Assembly: GCA_014361195.1 (NCBI GenBank)
Contig: JACIWA010000003.1
Span: forward strand, 43,681 to 107,680
Direction: 5' to 3'
From: Thermoplasmatales archaeon
GTDB lineage: Archaea; Thermoplasmatota; E2; UBA202; JdFR-43
Length of the DNA: 64,000 nt
Made by a program: the position numbers and the translations under genes. Below, piece by piece: positions 21,371-30,563 of this stretch (its first letter is position 1; each line of letters begins with the position of its first letter). The notes under the pieces are model-generated. The model was given only the letters and a program-made list of their open reading frames with translations. It did no database searches and was not told where the DNA came from.

Positions 21371-22379
21371 TTAAGACCCTCAACTCTTCTATTATCTCCT
21401 TCAATGAGCCAACATCAAAAAATCTCCTCCCAGTTATCTCATTACAAAAAGCTTGATAAATCGATGAAATGCACCTCTTTACTTCCACCCGCAGGAGCGG
21501 GGGCGGGGGAGTAAGCTTCCGCCACCCAATCGCATCAATTTTTTTTGCTTTCTCTATTTCATTGTACCAATCTGTTTTTCTATAGTATATCCTTGCAATT
21601 TCCTTACTTATTGGAATCCCATTTATTGTGAATCTACACTCGTCAGGTGTTCCAACAACATCAACAACAATTATATTTCTCTCTTCATCCATCCCAAATT
21701 CAATTTTTCCATCTTCATTTCTTGCCCCTATTTTTTCTACTTCATCGCTTATCATTCCATTTATCTTTTCCGCAATTCCCAAAATTTCATCTATTTCATC
21801 ATTGCTTATCATCGCAATTCTCTTTACCTCTTCCCTATCTATATATCTATCGATTTCCTCCAGCTTTGTAGAAAATTCAAATATTGGCTCATCAAGTTTT
21901 TGATTTAATTCAATTTTTTTCAATCCATAATTTGCGATATTTATCTTTCCCTCTCTTAATCTTTTCAAAAAGCTTGAGCCTTCTGAAATGAAATTTCTAT
22001 ATATTACTTCAACAGGTATCAGAAAATTTGATTTTTTCTCGAAGTAAATTGAGTAATCATATTTTCCATTAATTATTTTTGGCTTAAAAACCCTTAAAAG
22101 TTTTATTCTCATCCTATTTGTCGCTTTTTTAATTTCATTTATTCTTTTTACCTCACCATTTTCAACAACCCCGATGTAATGATTTTTTATTCCTTTTTTG
22201 CTCATTTTCTCAAAAAAGTATGAACCAATTAAGCAAAGAGATGAGCCCTTATTTTCTATCAAATCGGGCATTTCACCCCAATCAAAAACGGAATAGCGAT
22301 CTGAGAATATGAATTCCGCAATTCCAGGCAAATTTTCTTTTGCATCTTCAATAATTTTTAAGTCCTTTACACTTCCCAT
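21360..22379 (-). CDS. purC: Phosphoribosylaminoimidazole-succinocarboxamide synthase (SAICAR synthetase, long form)
   Basis: 339 aa; GSVKDL...DRYSVFD N-terminal motif, IPVEVIYRNF, EPIFEFSTK, VVDVVGTPDECRF align by eye with long-form PurC (yeast Ade1-like). Confidence 0.7.
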   Translation of the reverse strand: MGSVKDLKIIEDAKENLPGIAEFIFSDRYSVFDWGEMPDLIENKGSSLCLIGSYFFEKMSKKGIKNHYIGVVENGEVKRINEIKKATNRMRIKLLRVFKPKIINGKYDYSIYFEKKSNFLIPVEVIYRNFISEGSSFLKRLREGKINIANYGLKKIELNQKLDEPIFEFSTKLEEIDRYIDREEVKRIAMISNDEIDEILGIAEKINGMISDEVEKIGARNEDGKIEFGMDEERNIIVVDVVGTPDECRFTINGIPISKEIARIYYRKTDWYNEIEKAKKIDAIGWRKLTPPPPLLRVEVKRCISSIYQAFCNEITGRRFFDVGSLKEIIEELRVLSEG

Positions 22380-23134
22380 TTTCTAACCCTTTTCATTGTC
22401 CCTATTCTTTCTCCTTTAATTGCTTTTGTTAAATTACCTCTTATTTTTCCATTAATGAAATAAATATCACAATCTATTTTTTTCGCTTCTTTAATCTTAT
22501 TTTTTATTCCACCTGTAACATCAAAAATTCCTTCACTTGTTTTTACTTCAAATTTTTCATCTATTAATTCTATCAGTTTCGCATTCTTTTCTTTTGGATT
22601 TTTGTCATAAATTCCATCAACATCCATTAAAAATATAACTTTTTCAGCGGAAAAATTGTTTGCAATATATGTTACTATCTGGTCACCGGATAGAATATCA
22701 ATTCCTTTATCAATTGAAATTGCCACATCTCCATAAAGAAAAGGGATAAAATTTTTTTCGATCAAATTTTTAATTACTTCAATATATGCATAAAAAATTT
22801 CTCCTTCCCTTACAATAAAAATTGAAGAAGGACAAACAGGAAAGGATGGCAGTCCTTTTCTAACAAAAATATCAACTATTTTCTTATTCAATTCTATCAT
22901 TGCCCTGTGTGTTTGATAAAAACCAATTGCTTTTTCATCACTCCATCCCTCTCTTATTTTATATTTTTTTGCAACAGGATGGCCGTAGCTACCTCCTCCA
23001 TGAACAATCAAAAATTTTTTTTCCGGATAAAAAGATTTGATTTCATCCGCAATTTGCTCAACAATTTTTTTGTTAAAGGAGAAAGGCTTTTCCTTATTAC
23101 TTATAACACTTCCCCCAATTTTTACAATTATCAT
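22367..23134 (-). CDS. ipk: Isopentenyl phosphate kinase (amino-acid kinase family)
   Basis: 255 aa; IVKIGGSV, VHGGGSYGH and DVDGIYDKNP motifs. Confidence 0.8.
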   Translation of the reverse strand: MIIVKIGGSVISNKEKPFSFNKKIVEQIADEIKSFYPEKKFLIVHGGGSYGHPVAKKYKIREGWSDEKAIGFYQTHRAMIELNKKIVDIFVRKGLPSFPVCPSSIFIVREGEIFYAYIEVIKNLIEKNFIPFLYGDVAISIDKGIDILSGDQIVTYIANNFSAEKVIFLMDVDGIYDKNPKEKNAKLIELIDEKFEVKTSEGIFDVTGGIKNKIKEAKKIDCDIYFINGKIRGNLTKAIKGERIGTMKRVRKWEV

Positions 23135-23523
23135 TTTTCCACTATTACTTCCGCTTCCTTTTCTTTTGCATCTATCGTGATAATATCTCCATTTTCTATA
23201 GCATCTATATCAATTCCATCAACACATACAATTCCAGCAATTATTGCCCCTGTTGCAACTATTGTTTCAGTTTCTTTATTTAATATCGCTTTTGGAGCAA
23301 CACCATTTTTTTTAAGAGCATAAATTACATACGAGCCAACAGTAGAACCCTTTCCTTGTGGAAATACAAAAATCTTATCCTTTATACATTTTCCATATAA
23401 CTGGCTATTTTTATCAATAATTACTCCTGTTTTTGTATCAACTCCTCCATAAAAGCTGAATGCTTCCTTGCTAACCAATGCCTCACCTTTCACTTTCCCC
23501 GGATATATTGTTCTCCCTTTCAT
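23131..23523 (-). CDS. Aconitase X swivel-domain protein (DUF126); putative phosphomevalonate dehydratase small subunit
   Basis: 130 aa; GxAxG-rich swivel fold; translationally coupled to the upstream AcnX catalytic subunit and adjacent to ipk. Confidence 0.7.
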   Translation of the reverse strand: MKGRTIYPGKVKGEALVSKEAFSFYGGVDTKTGVIIDKNSQLYGKCIKDKIFVFPQGKGSTVGSYVIYALKKNGVAPKAILNKETETIVATGAIIAGIVCVDGIDIDAIENGDIITIDAKEKEAEVIVEK

Positions 23524-24686
23524 ATTAATTCCTCCGTTCTTGCAAAAAGGACTTTTTGATTACAAAAACTCGGGAGATAATGAGCTGCTTTCGCAGAATT
23601 TACACCTGTTTTTTCAAAAATTTTCTCAATGGGTGAGACAACCATGCATGTATCCGCTATTATTTTCCCTCCCGCCCTTTCAATTTTCTCATTTAATCCC
23701 ATTCTATCCGCAATTTCCTTAATTGCTCTAGATGTGCATATCCAAAAATTCCTTTTAGCTTTCCTGTTTTCAAGTAAATTCGCAATTTTTATTATTTCAT
23801 TAAGAGACGCATGAGGACATCCAAAAATTGCAATATCCGCATCATCACCGCTTTTGAGATTTGAATATGTCTCCTTTATCTCTTCCTCCCCGACTTCAAT
23901 TTCTTCCTTGCCCTTAATCTCATAGCAACTCGCCTCAGGAGTAATATTTTCAACATGATACATTGCCACCGCCCCGCTCGCCGCCATCGCCGCCCCCAAT
24001 TGCTTCAGGTCATCTGTATCCGCATCTTTTATTCCCCTGAAATAAGGTATCTTATTTTTAATTTCTTTTCCCACATAATAGCCAAGGGCGGAAAAATCCG
24101 TGGAAGATTGAAGATTTGCCTTTACATTTATTATGAAATCCGGCTCCCTGTTTTCATCTAAATGCAATCCATAATATGGAGTTAAGCCTGTTATTGCGGA
24201 TGCAAGAGCGGAAGGGCCTCCTTCTCGATTTGTTCTTGCCCCTATAACGGAGTTTGCAAATGAAACCGCTGATGATTCACTCCAGGCTATGTGTTGCCTA
24301 TATCTTGGCAAGTTTCCAGCAAGATAAGGGGTGCAGGTTGCGGAAATAACAACTCCCATTTTTTTAAAGGCATTTATTATAGCCATTTGTTTCTCTGCAA
24401 AGTCCTCACTTATCCCCATTTCTCGCCAGTTTTCTAAGTCCATTCCCGCAGGATTTAGATAAGTTAAAATTTTAACTCTCGCTTCTTTTGCTATATCTTC
24501 AAGAAATTCAAGACCCGCATCCTCTATTGATTTATATGATACCCCCGCAATCTGGGCGGAATGAACCTCAATCAATTTTTCCGCTTTATAAACTTCCCCG
24601 AGCCTCACAAGGAGGCGGAGTATCCTTGCAACAATTTCTCCTTTCTCACCATCAAGCATTTTTTCCTGCTCTTTGGTCAGGTACAT
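23520..24686 (-). CDS. Aconitase X catalytic-domain protein (DUF521); putative phosphomevalonate dehydratase large subunit
   Basis: 388 aa; Cys ligand pattern (ATCTPY..., DTCMVVSP, FGCPH) and gene context with swivel subunit, IPK, IDI-2, GGPPS. Confidence 0.75.
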   Translation of the reverse strand: MYLTKEQEKMLDGEKGEIVARILRLLVRLGEVYKAEKLIEVHSAQIAGVSYKSIEDAGLEFLEDIAKEARVKILTYLNPAGMDLENWREMGISEDFAEKQMAIINAFKKMGVVISATCTPYLAGNLPRYRQHIAWSESSAVSFANSVIGARTNREGGPSALASAITGLTPYYGLHLDENREPDFIINVKANLQSSTDFSALGYYVGKEIKNKIPYFRGIKDADTDDLKQLGAAMAASGAVAMYHVENITPEASCYEIKGKEEIEVGEEEIKETYSNLKSGDDADIAIFGCPHASLNEIIKIANLLENRKAKRNFWICTSRAIKEIADRMGLNEKIERAGGKIIADTCMVVSPIEKIFEKTGVNSAKAAHYLPSFCNQKVLFARTEELI

Positions 24687-24713
24687 AATTGAATAACCTC
24701 AACAATTAAAAAA

Positions 24714-25244
24714 CTATTTGATGCCGAATTCCATCAATCTTTTTCTTCTGTGCTCTTCTTCAAGGAATCTATAAACTGTTGAATGATTTGCTCCATCGAG
24801 TAGCATCTCTATCGCTTTTTTTGCTATCTGCAAATTTTCAATTTTACCTATTATTCCAACAGTATGACCATAAACACTTACATATGCCCCGCTCAACTCC
24901 TCTATTATCTCCCTTGCTCTCCCATCTTTTCCGATTATTCTGCCAGCGAGTCTTTTGATATGATTTTCCTTTTTTCCAACCCAGTCCCTTATATCAATTA
25001 TTTCAAGATAGTAATCCTCATTGAACAGCAAAAATGCTTTTTCTGGAGAAAAACCTCTCCCGATAGCAACGACAACATTTTCCGCTTCCATTTCCCTTAT
25101 TTTATCCTCGCTCTCTATTTTTACTTCACCAATTTTTGAGTCGACTTCAATTTTTATCCCATAACTTTCTATTTTGCTCTTTGTTTCTCCATTTTTCCCT
25201 ATTAAGACGCCTACTCTATCAATTGGAATCTTTACATATTTCAT
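24714..25244 (-). CDS. KH-domain RNA-binding protein (Dim2/Pno1-like)
   Basis: 176 aa; two KH motifs (IGKNGETKSKIE; IGKDGRAREIIEELSG); conserved neighbour of RIO1 and eIF1A. Confidence 0.8.
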   Translation of the reverse strand: MKYVKIPIDRVGVLIGKNGETKSKIESYGIKIEVDSKIGEVKIESEDKIREMEAENVVVAIGRGFSPEKAFLLFNEDYYLEIIDIRDWVGKKENHIKRLAGRIIGKDGRAREIIEELSGAYVSVYGHTVGIIGKIENLQIAKKAIEMLLDGANHSTVYRFLEEEHRRKRLMEFGIK

Positions 25245-25245
25245 C

Positions 25246-25950
25246 TTAGTCCTCCATTATATAAGAAATTACATCTTCCTCCCCTACATCGATAAACTTT
25301 TTAAAAAATTTTACTATGTTATAAACATCTCTCCTCAAAAACTCAATTGCCATTGGATTATCTCTTTTAACGGTTTGCCCGACATCTATTATAACCGGAT
25401 TGTTTCTATAAACCAGTACATTATATTCAGAAAAATCCGCATGCACGAGCTTTGCTTTCTGATACATCAATTTCAAATAATTCTTTATTTTATCAAAAAT
25501 TTTTTCAGCATTCTTTATATTTGCATCTTTCAAGAGAGGTGCTGGCCTGCTCTTGCTTCCTATATATTCCATTACAATTACATTCCCCTCCATCACGATG
25601 GGCTCTGGCACCCTTACACCCACTTCGTGAAGCTTTTTAAGATTTCCGAATTCTTTTTTTGCCCACGCAAATATTATGTTTCTTCTTTCAAATTTTATTT
25701 TTTCAGGAGGGTCATACATCAAATATTTTGATATGCTTCTGAATGTTGCGGTATTTATTCTATAAATCTTTATTGCTATCAACTTTTCTTTGCACACACC
25801 TCTAAAAACATTTCCCTCCTTTCCTGTTGAAATCGGGAAATCAATATAATCAATAAATCCTTCATCCATCAATTTTGCTAAAGCATTAAGGGTTGTTTTT
25901 TCAAAAACCTCTCCTTCTGTTTTTCTCAAAATTTCATCAATATTTTTCAT
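25246..25950 (-). CDS. rio1: RIO-type serine/threonine protein kinase (RIO1)
   Basis: 234 aa; STGKEGNVF glycine loop, catalytic LVHADFSEYNVL and DVGQ metal-binding motif. Confidence 0.9.
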   Translation of the reverse strand: MKNIDEILRKTEGEVFEKTTLNALAKLMDEGFIDYIDFPISTGKEGNVFRGVCKEKLIAIKIYRINTATFRSISKYLMYDPPEKIKFERRNIIFAWAKKEFGNLKKLHEVGVRVPEPIVMEGNVIVMEYIGSKSRPAPLLKDANIKNAEKIFDKIKNYLKLMYQKAKLVHADFSEYNVLVYRNNPVIIDVGQTVKRDNPMAIEFLRRDVYNIVKFFKKFIDVGEEDVISYIMED

Positions 25951-26255
25951 AAGAATCCTTTAAGAGTGTCAGGGACGAGATTTTTTTTATCCAGATTTAA
26001 TACCTGAGTTGGGGTATAACGATATACAACATCTGCTTTTTCATCTTGAAAATCCCATGTCCTAATAATAAGAAAGTCACCTGTTTTTATCCATTTCTTT
26101 CTCTTTATTTTTCCGGGTATTCTTGCCATTCTTGTTTTTCCGTCCTCGCAAATAATCCTTAATCTACCTCCTCCCATGTGCTGTTCAACAATAGCAAACA
26201 TCTCATTTTCTTCTTTTTTTGGCAGTGGTATTCTCTGTTCAACTTCTTCATCCAT
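25947..26255 (-). CDS. eif1a: Translation initiation factor 1A (aIF1A)
   Basis: 102 aa; S1/OB fold with conserved MGGGRLRIICEDGKTRMARIPGKIKRKKWIKTGDFLI. Confidence 0.9.
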   Translation of the reverse strand: MDEEVEQRIPLPKKEENEMFAIVEQHMGGGRLRIICEDGKTRMARIPGKIKRKKWIKTGDFLIIRTWDFQDEKADVVYRYTPTQVLNLDKKNLVPDTLKGFL

Positions 26256-26481
26256 TATAAAAGTTAATCTGTAAATATATATGAAGATATCGATTTGAGT
26301 TGATTGGGCTCTTTTTCATCAATGAAAGGCAGATTTTATCCCTTTCATTAATAAGATAAAGATTTTTTGCTATAGATTTTACTCTTTTATTTTCTCATTA
26401 TCACTTTTTCACTTTTAGCATTTTTACCCCTTTCAAACTAAAAAAATAAAAAATTAAATTTATGACTTTGCTATTCTTTTT

Positions 26482-29400
26482 GTGGAAGAATATTTTAAAA
26501 GCATAGAAAAAAAAGTAAATGAATGCTATGAAATAGCTATTTTGGCGAGGAAAAAGGGTTTTGATCCAAAAAAAGAGGTTGAAATATCTTTTGCAAAAGA
26601 CCTTGCGGATAGGGTTGAGGAGCTTGTTGGTCCAAAAGGAATTTCTCACAAGATAAGAAAATATTTAAAGGAAAAAGGGAGGGAAGAGACTGCTATCCAG
26701 GTAGCAATTGAAATATGCGAAAACATGCAGGGAAGCCATGCGGAAATAATTGAGCAATCTGTGAGGACAGGGCTTGCAATATTAACTGAGGGTGTTTTAG
26801 TGGCTCCTATAGAAGGAATATCATCTGTTGAGATTGGGAAGAATTCTGATGGAAGTAAATATGTTGATCTCTATTTCTCTGGGCCAATTCGCTCTGCGGG
26901 AGGAACAGGAGAGGCAATGAGTGTTTTAATCGCGGATGTTGTAAGAAGGAAGCTTGGACTGGATAGATATAAACCAACTGATGATGAAGTTGAGAGATAT
27001 AAGGAGGAAATTCCTCTTTATGACAGGATGACCCATCTCCAGTATTTGCCATCCCCAGAGGAAATAGAATTAATAATAAGAAATTGTCCAATATGTATAA
27101 ATGGTGAACCAACTGAAAAAGAAGAAGTTATGGGAAAAAGAGATTTGCCAAGAATCAAAACAAATAGAATAAGAGGAGGGGCATGCCTTGTAATAGCAGA
27201 AGGGCTCTGTTTGAAAGCACCAAAATTAATGAAGCATGTTGCAAGATTGAAACTTGAAGGATGGGATTTCTTAAAAAATTTTTCAAAAGAGCTTGATGAA
27301 AATAAGGAGATAGCTCCATCTGAAAGATACATTGAAGATTTAATAGGGGGGCGCCCCGTTATAAGCCATCCATCACGCAAGGGTGGCTTCAGACTTAGAT
27401 ACGGGCGAGGAAGGACCTGCGGGCTGGGGGCGACCGCCATACACCCCGCAACAATGTATTTGCTGGATGGATTTATTGCGGTTGGGACACAACTAAAAAC
27501 AGAAAGGCCAGGGAAGGGGACGATTGCAACACCCTGCGACACTATAGAGGGGGCAATGGTTTTGCTTGATAATGGTGACTTTATTCAGATAAATTCTATT
27601 GAGGAAGCAATTAAAATTGCTAAAAATGTTAAAAAAATAATTGATTTGGGAGAAATATTAATACCTTTTGGAGAATTTTTTGAGAATAATTCAATCTTGC
27701 CACCCGCAAGCTTCTGCTATGAATGGTGGATAAAAGAGCTCGAGGAAAAAGCAAATATTGAAGAAGTGAAAATAAAACATGGAATAGATAATTTTGAAAG
27801 CATATACTTTGAAAAGGCGATTGAATTATCAAAGGAGTATGATATTCCTCTCCATCCTTCTTATAATCTATTCTGGCATGATATAAGTAAAGAGGAATTT
27901 CAAATTTTAAGAGAATTTATAAGGAAAGGAATATATGATGGAAAATTATACCTTGAAAAGGATAAAAGATTAAAGGAGATTTTGCTAAGCCTTGGAGTAA
28001 CTCATCTTGAGAGAGAAAAATATATAGTGGAAAAATATGCGGATGTTCTTATAAAATGCTGTGGTTTTGAGGTAAAAAATGGAAAAATTTTTGAGGTTAA
28101 GAATAGCTCAAAAGAGGCAATTGAAGCGGTTCAGGAAATTCTTGGAATAAGGATAATTCCAAAGGCACTCCACAGAATCGGGGCGAGAATGGGAAGACCT
28201 GAAAAATCTTCGGAAAGGAAAATGGACCCACCCCCACATGTTCTTTTCCCTGCTGGAATTGGAAAAGGTGGAAAAGAAAGAGTTTTAAATACCGCTGGAA
28301 AGATAAATGCGGAGCTGGGAGAAAGAAAATGTGAAAAATGCGGAAGAATAACTTATAAAACAAAATGTGAGTGTGGAGGACATACTTATTTTACAGGAAA
28401 TACAAAAAATTTTGAAATAGATGTCGGCGAGGAAATTAGTAAAGCAGAGAAAAAATTAAATATTCAAGTAAAGAAAGTTAAAGGAGTTATTGGCTTATCT
28501 TCTTCAAAAAAAACACCCGAGTGCATAGAAAAAGGGATTATAAGGGCTAAATATGATGTTTATGTTTTTAAAGATGGAACCGCTAGATATGATATGACAA
28601 ATATGCCACTAACCCATTTTAAGCCATATGAAATAGGCCTTTCCTTGGATAAACTAAAAGAATTGGGATATGAGCACGACTACAAAGGGGAGAAGCTTGT
28701 AAGAGAAAATCAAATTATTGAATTAAAACCACAAGATGTTATACCTTCAAAAAAATGCGGAGAATATTTTTTAAGAATATCAAAATACATAGATGAAATT
28801 CTTTCAAAAATTTATGGAATGAAACCTTTTTACAATGCAAATAGCTTAAATGACTTAATAGGGCATTTGGTTGTTGGTTTATCCCCTCACACATCCGCAG
28901 GAATTGTTGGTAGAATAATTGGATTTATTGATTTAAATGTATGCTGTGCCCATCCATTTTTCCATGCAGCAAAGAGAAGGAATTGCGATGGTGATGAAGA
29001 TTCTTTAATGCTCTTAACTGATGTATTGATAAATTTTTCAAAAGAATATATACCTGAGAAAAGAGGGGGAAAGATGGATTTGCCCCTTGTTATAGCAATG
29101 AGAATTTCACCAAGTGAAATAGATAAGGAAGCATTGAGTTTAGATACCTTGAATTCCTATCCTCTCATATTTTACAGAAAAACCCATGAATATGCTCATC
29201 CAAAAGAATTGGAAAAGGAAATGGATTTGGTTGCTAATAGATTGGGGAGCGAAAGAGAATATAAATTTTTCGGATTCACACATGATACTAGCAATATAGG
29301 AAATGCTCCAAAAACTTCTTCTTATAAGCTATATGAAAATATGGAGGAAAAGGTAATTGCACAGATAAATTTGGCAAAGAAAATAAGAGCAGTGGATGAA

Positions 29401-29730
29401 GTAGATGTTGTTACAAAAATAATTCAAAAGCATTTCCTTACCGATTTAACAGGAAATTTAAAAGCTTTTACAAAACAGCAGTTCAGGTGCACAAATTGCA
29501 ATACAAAATATAGGAGAATACCTTTAAATGGAAAATGCGGGAAATGTGGAAATTCACTTTCTCTGACAGTTCATGAAAGCTCTATAAAGAAATATTTAGG
29601 AATTATAAAGAAGCTTTCAGATGAGTTTAAAATACCAAATTATGTACAGCAGAGAATAATTCTTTCAGAAAAATTTGTTGAATCCCTATTTAAAGATGAG
29701 AGAGATAAAACTCTCACCGACTTCTTTTAA
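26482..29730 (+). CDS. polC: DNA polymerase II (PolD) large subunit DP2; apparent GTG start
   Basis: 1082 aa; PolD catalytic motifs (GIRIIPKALHRIGARMGRPEKS; zinc clusters CxxC...CxxC near 28330 and 29490; LVVGLSPHTSAGIVGR); no intein-length insertion evident. Confidence 0.9.
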   Translation: MEEYFKSIEKKVNECYEIAILARKKGFDPKKEVEISFAKDLADRVEELVGPKGISHKIRKYLKEKGREETAIQVAIEICENMQGSHAEIIEQSVRTGLAILTEGVLVAPIEGISSVEIGKNSDGSKYVDLYFSGPIRSAGGTGEAMSVLIADVVRRKLGLDRYKPTDDEVERYKEEIPLYDRMTHLQYLPSPEEIELIIRNCPICINGEPTEKEEVMGKRDLPRIKTNRIRGGACLVIAEGLCLKAPKLMKHVARLKLEGWDFLKNFSKELDENKEIAPSERYIEDLIGGRPVISHPSRKGGFRLRYGRGRTCGLGATAIHPATMYLLDGFIAVGTQLKTERPGKGTIATPCDTIEGAMVLLDNGDFIQINSIEEAIKIAKNVKKIIDLGEILIPFGEFFENNSILPPASFCYEWWIKELEEKANIEEVKIKHGIDNFESIYFEKAIELSKEYDIPLHPSYNLFWHDISKEEFQILREFIRKGIYDGKLYLEKDKRLKEILLSLGVTHLEREKYIVEKYADVLIKCCGFEVKNGKIFEVKNSSKEAIEAVQEILGIRIIPKALHRIGARMGRPEKSSERKMDPPPHVLFPAGIGKGGKERVLNTAGKINAELGERKCEKCGRITYKTKCECGGHTYFTGNTKNFEIDVGEEISKAEKKLNIQVKKVKGVIGLSSSKKTPECIEKGIIRAKYDVYVFKDGTARYDMTNMPLTHFKPYEIGLSLDKLKELGYEHDYKGEKLVRENQIIELKPQDVIPSKKCGEYFLRISKYIDEILSKIYGMKPFYNANSLNDLIGHLVVGLSPHTSAGIVGRIIGFIDLNVCCAHPFFHAAKRRNCDGDEDSLMLLTDVLINFSKEYIPEKRGGKMDLPLVIAMRISPSEIDKEALSLDTLNSYPLIFYRKTHEYAHPKELEKEMDLVANRLGSEREYKFFGFTHDTSNIGNAPKTSSYKLYENMEEKVIAQINLAKKIRAVDEVDVVTKIIQKHFLTDLTGNLKAFTKQQFRCTNCNTKYRRIPLNGKCGKCGNSLSLTVHESSIKKYLGIIKKLSDEFKIPNYVQQRIILSEKFVESLFKDERDKTLTDFF

Positions 29731-29765
29731 CAAAAAATTTAAAAAAAATTATTGTATATTATTTG

Positions 29766-29874
29766 CCCGGCGTAACTCAGACTGGTAGAGTGGCGGACTG
29801 TAGTTGCATCCCTTGGGCTATAACCCACCGCCGCGGAAATCCGCAAGTCGCTGGTTCAAATCCGGCCGCCGGGA
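29766..29874 (+). tRNA. tRNA-Tyr (anticodon GTA) with a 35-nt intron at the canonical 37/38 position
   Basis: Acceptor CCCGGCG/CGCCGGG with C1:G72 (archaeal Tyr identity pair) and discriminator A; anticodon stem GCGGA ... TCCGC split by an insertion at 29804-29838; mature loop CTGTAGA; T-arm GCTGGTTCAAATCCGGC. Confidence 0.8.
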
Positions 29875-30563
29875 CTCCAATAATTTTTATCACTCCTTCG
29901 TTTTTTATTGTATCTTTCTAAATGAAAGGATACATATATGAATATTAATACCAGAGGCAGATGTAAATCCCGTTCCACCACAAAAGATCTGGCTGGATTA
30001 AAAAATTCATTATCACATTCCAGAAACAAATGATTGCTCCTAGAAATATTGTAACTCTAACTGTTGCAATATTAACTTTAGGATATAAAGGTGTCATAGT
30101 GCAAAAGGCGCTGAATTTGTAAATAAATAAACCAAATTAAAATCTGGTTTCCCTGATTTAATATCTATCGGGAACCAGAAGGCTAAAAATGCTAACTCAA
30201 CAACCCAATATCTTATAACAGACAAACCCTGAACAAATGAAAAAATTATGTAAGTGAGTGGCGCATAAAAACTAAACTCCCTACTAACCTTTTTTGAAAA
30301 TAATTAATCAATCACAAAAATAATAGGAATAAGCTTAAAAATAGGGTAAAATAGGGATAAATTATCTATTAAAGCATTCCTAAGAAGGTAGGCAATCACT
30401 TCGCTCATTTTAGAGAGATCGTATCCCTTTTCTGTTAGTGGAGGAATTGAGTTGGCCAAGATTAAAATGACAAAGAACCACCATCTGCGATTTATTGATT
30501 CAAGAACTCTTGAATTTTCTCAAGATTTTCTTTTTTCATCCTCTCTAACTCTTTTTAATCCAA

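Noticed and set aside
26401-26649. 82-aa minus-strand ORF overlapping the PolD start region
   Set aside because: Overlaps the divergent promoter and the 5' end of polD; hydrophobic low-complexity; likely not coding.
26482-29730. Possible intein in PolD DP2 (and likewise in aIF5B 33173-34891)
   Set aside because: Protein lengths are near the intein-free size and no intein block motifs or large insertions were seen.
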